NCBI GenBank assembly: GCA_024650005.2
Contig: CP122380.1
Coordinates: 128,001-192,000 of the forward strand
Direction of reading: 5' to 3'
Source: Candidatus Bathyarchaeum tardum
GTDB taxonomy: Archaea; Thermoproteota; Bathyarchaeia; Bathyarchaeales; Bathyarchaeaceae
DNA length: 64,000 nt
Shown here: positions 58,063 to 64,000 of the stretch, one piece after another
How the letters are laid out: each line of letters begins with the position of its first letter
Numbering within the stretch: the stretch's first letter is position 1
Notes under the pieces: model-generated
Database searches by the model: none
Seen by the model: only the letters and a program-made list of their open reading frames with translations
What the model was told of the DNA's origin: nothing
Program-made: the position numbers and the translations under genes

Positions 58063-58986
<924 letters not shown>

Positions 58987-59029
58987 TTACACCAGACAAC
59001 TCTTGTAAATTCACAAATAAATGCTTAAT

Positions 59030-60079
59030 CTATCCAATCACTGAATCCACAGTCATGTTAAGGACAATCTCTGCAATGTCCATGGAATATTCTGCTATTC
59101 GCCTCACACTTTCAATTACTAATCGGATGTTGGTTGCTTCTTCTATGTTTGTTTCTTTTGACGAAAGAAGCGCCTTCTTTTCTAACTCAACTATGCTGTT
59201 TGCTTTTGTGATGACCCTGTCGGCCATTTCGTAATCTCTTTTAAACAACGATTCGATGGAAGTTTCAAAGCAAGAAATTGCAACCCTATTCATTTCTTGA
59301 ATTGCATCTACAAATTCCTCATCTAATGGTTTTTTGAGGAGTAGTACATTTTTTGCAATGTTCGTGGCGTGGTCGGCGGTTCTTTCAACCATTTTAGTTA
59401 TTAATCTGTATCCAAGGCAATCGTTTGAATTTTTCAATCCAATTTCTGTTACTATTCTTGGGTTCCGAATTGCCATTTTCAACTGCCGAATTATATACAA
59501 ATGAAATCTATTAACTTCATAATCTGTAGCCCTAACAAATTCTGCTAACTGATGGTCACCATTTTTCAGCGCAGTTATTGCATCTTTGTGCATAGATGAT
59601 GTTATAATTGTCATCCGTCGTAATGCACTTGGAACTGACAATTCAGGATAACTCAATAAAACTTGTAATGTCAAGGCAGTGGATGTGTCAGTTACTATTT
59701 CTGTTCCAACAAGCATGTTTCGGGCAAAGGTTTTAAGGTCGCTTCTTTGGGTAGACAAAATTTCTTTTTGGTTTTTAGCTCTAATGTGAATTATGTTGTA
59801 ACCCAACAAATACACAGAAACAGTTTTTCTAATTATTTCATCTGAGTTGTCTTCTGAGCTAACTGTAATCATTGCTTCTTCGGATTTTTCGGGTCGTGCA
59901 ATTTCTGGAGGCAAAACTTCTAAACTTCCATTTTCTTCTTGGCGGATGAGTAATGGGCTGCCTTTTTCTAATCTGTTTTGGGTAACCCACTTTTTCGGCA
60001 ATGAGATTACGTATGTAGAGCCTCCAGTTATCTGGAGTTTACGTGTTTCCTCATTTTGACTATGTTGAGAATGACCCAA
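59030..60079 (-). CDS. phoU: Phosphate uptake regulator (AbrB-like N-terminus + PhoU repeats)
   Basis: RKLQITGGSTYVISLPKKW, ERTADHA.NIA, RRIAEYS.DIAE. Confidence 0.9.
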   Translation of the reverse strand: MGHSQHSQNEETRKLQITGGSTYVISLPKKWVTQNRLEKGSPLLIRQEENGSLEVLPPEIARPEKSEEAMITVSSEDNSDEIIRKTVSVYLLGYNIIHIRAKNQKEILSTQRSDLKTFARNMLVGTEIVTDTSTALTLQVLLSYPELSVPSALRRMTIITSSMHKDAITALKNGDHQLAEFVRATDYEVNRFHLYIIRQLKMAIRNPRIVTEIGLKNSNDCLGYRLITKMVERTADHATNIAKNVLLLKKPLDEEFVDAIQEMNRVAISCFETSIESLFKRDYEMADRVITKANSIVELEKKALLSSKETNIEEATNIRLVIESVRRIAEYSMDIAEIVLNMTVDSVIG

Positions 60080-60199
60080 TTCTAACTCCTTCGTAGATTC
60101 AAAGTACCTTGTACAATTGTATTTTTCCTATATAGTTTATATATATTATGTAGGAAAACTATATACTTTTTGCGAGTTTCTTACAAATCAAAAAACTAG

Positions 60200-61150
60200 G
60201 TGAAGAGTTTGATTATGAAATCAACTAAAGGCATATCAACAATGATTGCACTCATAGGCATGATAGCCCTTCTAATAGTAGGTTTTGTAGCTGGTTCTGC
60301 ATTAAATTCAGGAACAAATGAATTCTCTGGTGAATACCCTGAAGACAGCGAATGGAGAACAGATTCTATCAGTATTGCTGGCTCAACAACAGTTCTACCT
60401 GTAGCTAATACTGCAGCAGTAGAATTCATGAACATGTACACGGGAACCACAGTAACTGTTCAAGGTGGAGGCTCCGGTACAGGTTACGCCTCAGCATTGG
60501 ACGGTACTGTTAACATCGGTATGGGTTCTCGTGGTCCTAAACAATCAGAAATTGACACAGGAGACATTTGGCTAACTCCAATAGCCCTTGACGCGGTATG
60601 TGTTGTAGTAAACCCATCAGTAGGCAGCAACGTTGAACTAACTCTGGAAGAAGTCGCTATGATCTTCGCCGGAGAATACACAAACTGGAACCAAGTTGAC
60701 TCCAGTCTACCTAACGCAGAAATCTATGTTGTTGTCCGAGAATCTGGATCTGGAACCCGAGGAACCTTCGAAGAATACACCATCGATAAATACGGTCTCG
60801 ACATTGACAGCACAATGGTCCACGAACAACCAAGCAACCCTGCAGTAAGAAACGCAGTAAGCTCCACTCCTAACTCTATTGGATATATCGGTTTCGGATT
60901 CTTGACAAATGACATAGTGGCTGTATCACTAGCTGCAGAAGAAGGATCAGTATATATTCCTGCAACTTTAGAAAACATTCAAAACGGACTTTACCCAATT
61001 TCACGATTTCTCTATTTCATTACCGGAAGCCCAGTTGAAAGCGGCTCATTAGCTGACAGATTTATCTCATTTGTTCTCAGTGAAGACGGACAAAACATCG
61101 CAGAAAACGAAGGATACCTTAGAATGCCTGCAAACTATAACTATCCATAA
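60200..61150 (+). CDS. pstS: Phosphate ABC transporter substrate-binding protein
   Basis: AGSTTVLP, GGGSGTG, RESGSGTR, YPISR. Confidence 0.94.
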   Translation: MKSLIMKSTKGISTMIALIGMIALLIVGFVAGSALNSGTNEFSGEYPEDSEWRTDSISIAGSTTVLPVANTAAVEFMNMYTGTTVTVQGGGSGTGYASALDGTVNIGMGSRGPKQSEIDTGDIWLTPIALDAVCVVVNPSVGSNVELTLEEVAMIFAGEYTNWNQVDSSLPNAEIYVVVRESGSGTRGTFEEYTIDKYGLDIDSTMVHEQPSNPAVRNAVSSTPNSIGYIGFGFLTNDIVAVSLAAEEGSVYIPATLENIQNGLYPISRFLYFITGSPVESGSLADRFISFVLSEDGQNIAENEGYLRMPANYNYP

Positions 61151-61185
61151 AAGTCTGAACAACTATTTACAAACAGGATGTTCAG

Positions 61186-62091
61186 ATGAAAATGAGCAAC
61201 AAAACGCTCAAAAAACTTTCTTTCTTTTTTTCTAATCTTAAATCTCAACCTATGACAATTGTTCTTTTTGTTTGTGCTTCAATTTCTATAGTTATTTTGT
61301 TTTTGATGCTCTTTTTTGTCGCCAGCGAAGGCGCTTTAGCATTTTCACAATTTGGACCTGACCTACTTTTGGGTATGCAATGGAACCTTGGAAAAAACAT
61401 TTTTGGTGGGTTCCCTCTTTTGGTCGGTTCCCTAATCATAACTTTTGGTGCTCTGCTTATTGCAATTCCAATTGGAGTTAGCACCGCCGTATTCGTTTCC
61501 GAAGTTTTACCCTTTTATTTACGAGATCCCATTAAATCAATAATTGAACTTTTAGCATCTATCCCTTCAGTAATCTATGGTTTCATAGGTTTGCTGATAG
61601 TGGTTCCGTTTATTTCGGACTTTTTTGGTATTCCATCGGGGCAAACAGCGTTAACGGCATCTTTAATTTTGTCTCTTATGACGATTCCCACAATTGTTAG
61701 TGTTTCTGGTGAGATAATCTCTGCTGTCCCAAAAGATTTCAAAGAAGCTGCCCTTGGTCTAGGAGCTACAAAATGGGAAACCATCAAAACTATAGTTATA
61801 CCCATTTCAAAATCTGGAATCTTAGCAAGTATAATGCTAGGTTTTGGACGAGCTATTGGAGAAACCATTGCTGTTTCTATGGTTGCAGGTAACCGAGCTC
61901 AAGTTCCAACAAGTTTCTTAGATTCAGTTTACACTATTCCTTCTTTTATTGCAACCCATATGGGTGAAGCTGCATTAGGCAGCCTCGAATACAGCGCCCT
62001 TTTCGGGTTAGGGCTTATTTTACTTATTATCACTTTTATTGTGAACACTTTGGCTGACATTGTTGTAAAACGAGGTGCCCAACATGGGTAG
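61186..62091 (+). CDS. pstC: Phosphate ABC transporter permease
   Basis: ELLASIPSVIYG, EAALGLGATKWE, GRAIGETIAV. Confidence 0.94.
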   Translation: MKMSNKTLKKLSFFFSNLKSQPMTIVLFVCASISIVILFLMLFFVASEGALAFSQFGPDLLLGMQWNLGKNIFGGFPLLVGSLIITFGALLIAIPIGVSTAVFVSEVLPFYLRDPIKSIIELLASIPSVIYGFIGLLIVVPFISDFFGIPSGQTALTASLILSLMTIPTIVSVSGEIISAVPKDFKEAALGLGATKWETIKTIVIPISKSGILASIMLGFGRAIGETIAVSMVAGNRAQVPTSFLDSVYTIPSFIATHMGEAALGSLEYSALFGLGLILLIITFIVNTLADIVVKRGAQHG

Positions 62092-62917
62092 CCCAACAAA
62101 AGAAAGAATATTTTTCTTTGCCCTTGGCGTTCCAGTGGTGATTTGTTTACTGGCATTCTTCTGGATTGCTGCCGCTCTTTTAACTGGAGTTGGGACCCTA
62201 AATCTGGAACTGATAACAACAAGTGCCCTTAGAGGTGGACTTTTTGAAATGATTGTAGGAACTGTGTACCTTTTCATAGGTGCAACCGCAATTGCAGGTC
62301 CAATAGGAGTTTTTGCCGCAATTTACCTTGTAGAGTACGCACCCGCTGGGAAGGCCACTCGCATCATTGATCAAGCAATTAACAACTTAGCTGGTGTACC
62401 CTCCATAATCATCGGTTTGTTTGGGTATACCTTGTTTAGTCGCCAACTTGGGTTTGGTATTTCTCTTCTATCTGGATGGCTGACCCTTTCTTTGATGATT
62501 CTTCCAATCGTAATACGGGGTTCAGAAGAAGCCATCCGTATCGTTCCTACTTCATTCAAACAAGCTGCGTTAGCGCTAGGGGCAACAAAATGGAAATCCA
62601 TCAGTCTAACAACTTTGATTGCTGCTGCCCCTGGTGTAGTAACAAGTTTAATTTTGGGCATTGCTCGTGTCGCAGGAGAGACAGCTGCAATACTGTTTAC
62701 TTCTTCCGTATTGATAACCAGGGGCTTACCTAGTTCGCCGTTTGAGCCTGTGATGACGCTTTCTTTTAATATGTATGTTAAAATTGTTGCACAGGGAGAA
62801 TCTCCAGACAGCGTTTTTGGAATTGCTTTGATTCTCTTCTTTATTGTTCTTTCTTTCTCGCTTGTAGCAATAATACTACGAGTATACTACAGGAGGAAAC
62901 AACCATGGCTAGATTAA
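62084..62917 (+). CDS. pstA: Phosphate ABC transporter permease
   Basis: [35 protein letters not shown] 62084 follows GAGGTG. Confidence 0.94.
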   Translation: MGSPTKERIFFFALGVPVVICLLAFFWIAAALLTGVGTLNLELITTSALRGGLFEMIVGTVYLFIGATAIAGPIGVFAAIYLVEYAPAGKATRIIDQAINNLAGVPSIIIGLFGYTLFSRQLGFGISLLSGWLTLSLMILPIVIRGSEEAIRIVPTSFKQAALALGATKWKSISLTTLIAAAPGVVTSLILGIARVAGETAAILFTSSVLITRGLPSSPFEPVMTLSFNMYVKIVAQGESPDSVFGIALILFFIVLSFSLVAIILRVYYRRKQPWLD

Positions 62918-62939
62918 ACAAAAAACAGGTGATTATTCT

Positions 62940-63701
62940 TTGAGTCACGAAGACAAAATAGACATTAAACAACTAAATCTTTGGTTCGGAGAAAAACACG
63001 TCATCCGAGGTGTTGATCTGAAAATAAAAGCAAACACAGTAACCGCTATTATGGGTCCATCAGGATGCGGAAAATCAACAATGCTCCGAGCCATCAACAG
63101 GATGAACGACGTTATCAAATCTTGTAAAGTAACTGGGGACATTTTCATCAATGGAAAAAATGCCTATGGAGATAATACCAACGTTTACGACCTAAGACGC
63201 CAAGTTGGAATGGTTTTCCAACGACCAAACCCACTCCCTAAGTCAATATACGAAAATGTTGCTTTTGGTCCAAAAATCCATAAAATGGCAAAAGGTAAAG
63301 AACTTGACAAAATTGTAGAAAAAAGTTTGCGCGCAGCAGTATTATGGGACGAAGTTCAAGATCGTCTAAATGACAGTGCTTTTGACCTTTCTGGTGGACA
63401 ACAACAACGTTTGTGTATTGCCCGTGCATTGGCAGTAGATCCAGAAATCATTCTCATGGATGAACCTTGTAGCGCCTTAGACCCTGCAGCAACAGCTAAA
63501 ATTGAGCAACTAATAAGAATCTTATCCAACGATTATACTGTTGTGATCGTTACTCACAACATGCAGCAAGCTTCGCGAGTTTCTGACTATACGGTGTTCT
63601 TGTATCTGGGGAAAATAATCGAGGAAGGCGCAACAAAAGGCATCTTTGAGAACCCGAAACACGAGTTAACTGAACAGTATATTACTGGAGAATTTGGTTA
63701 G
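62940..63701 (+). CDS. pstB: Phosphate ABC transporter ATPase
   Basis: [46 protein letters not shown]. Confidence 0.96.
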   Translation: MSHEDKIDIKQLNLWFGEKHVIRGVDLKIKANTVTAIMGPSGCGKSTMLRAINRMNDVIKSCKVTGDIFINGKNAYGDNTNVYDLRRQVGMVFQRPNPLPKSIYENVAFGPKIHKMAKGKELDKIVEKSLRAAVLWDEVQDRLNDSAFDLSGGQQQRLCIARALAVDPEIILMDEPCSALDPAATAKIEQLIRILSNDYTVVIVTHNMQQASRVSDYTVFLYLGKIIEEGATKGIFENPKHELTEQYITGEFG

Positions 63702-63711
63702 GTGAATAAAA

Positions 63712-64000
63712 TTGAAAAGATTAATTGACGCAGGATTAGAACAGTTAGCAGGAATGCTTTTTCATATGGGAGAGCTTGCCCAAAAAACTGTTTCCTTATC
63801 GATAATGAATTACATAGATGGTACTCACGCTCCCGAACAGGTGAAAAGTCTTTCCGACACATTGTCTTCTATGTCAGAGCCAATTGAAGATATGGTTTTC
63901 GAAATCATGTCCCGATTTCAACCTGTTGCTTCTGATCTTCGAATTCTAAGATCATACATGAAAATCTGTTATGATTTCCGACGTTACGGACGATACGCTC
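63712..64000 (+). CDS. phoU: PhoU-family protein, N-terminal part (runs off the right edge)
   Basis: MKRLIDAGLEQL..M...MGELA...RFQPVASDLR..S.MKI.YDF.RYGRYA. GGTGA precedes the TTG start. Confidence 0.88.
   Translation, partial: MKRLIDAGLEQLAGMLFHMGELAQKTVSLSIMNYIDGTHAPEQVKSLSDTLSSMSEPIEDMVFEIMSRFQPVASDLRILRSYMKICYDFRRYGRYA

Overview
Archaeal chromosomal segment, AT-rich and probably Bathyarchaeia (inferred from gene content and style, not from a search). It holds: a trpEGDCFB operon cut at the left edge, Sec61beta, an Sm-like gene, DUF2070, porGDAB, Alba, a class III aminotransferase, RPA, Hsp20, IMPase/FBPase, tRNA-Leu(CAG), a peroxiredoxin cluster, a rearranged and divergent A/V-type ATPase locus, an acyltransferase/SGNH pair, argGH-carAB with a divergent ACT-domain gene, an ABC-2 exporter, the MA1821/MA1822/MA1715-type sulfide assimilation trio, a class III ribonucleotide reductase (RNR) locus, a CBS-HPF-like protein followed by an unannotated desulforedoxin, pyrB and a pst/phoU locus cut at the right edge. 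The top finding is ORF 49069-51291: a winged-helix domain fused to an ATP-cone and a full-length class III RNR body. It has lost its catalytic cysteines and stops just before the glycyl-radical motif. It sits directly upstream of an intact nrdH-nrdD pair, and GTCAA-N6-TTGAC-type palindromes occur in both upstream regions. This points to a pseudo-enzyme repurposed as a nucleotide-sensing transcription factor. All calls come from reading motifs by eye; no searches were run.
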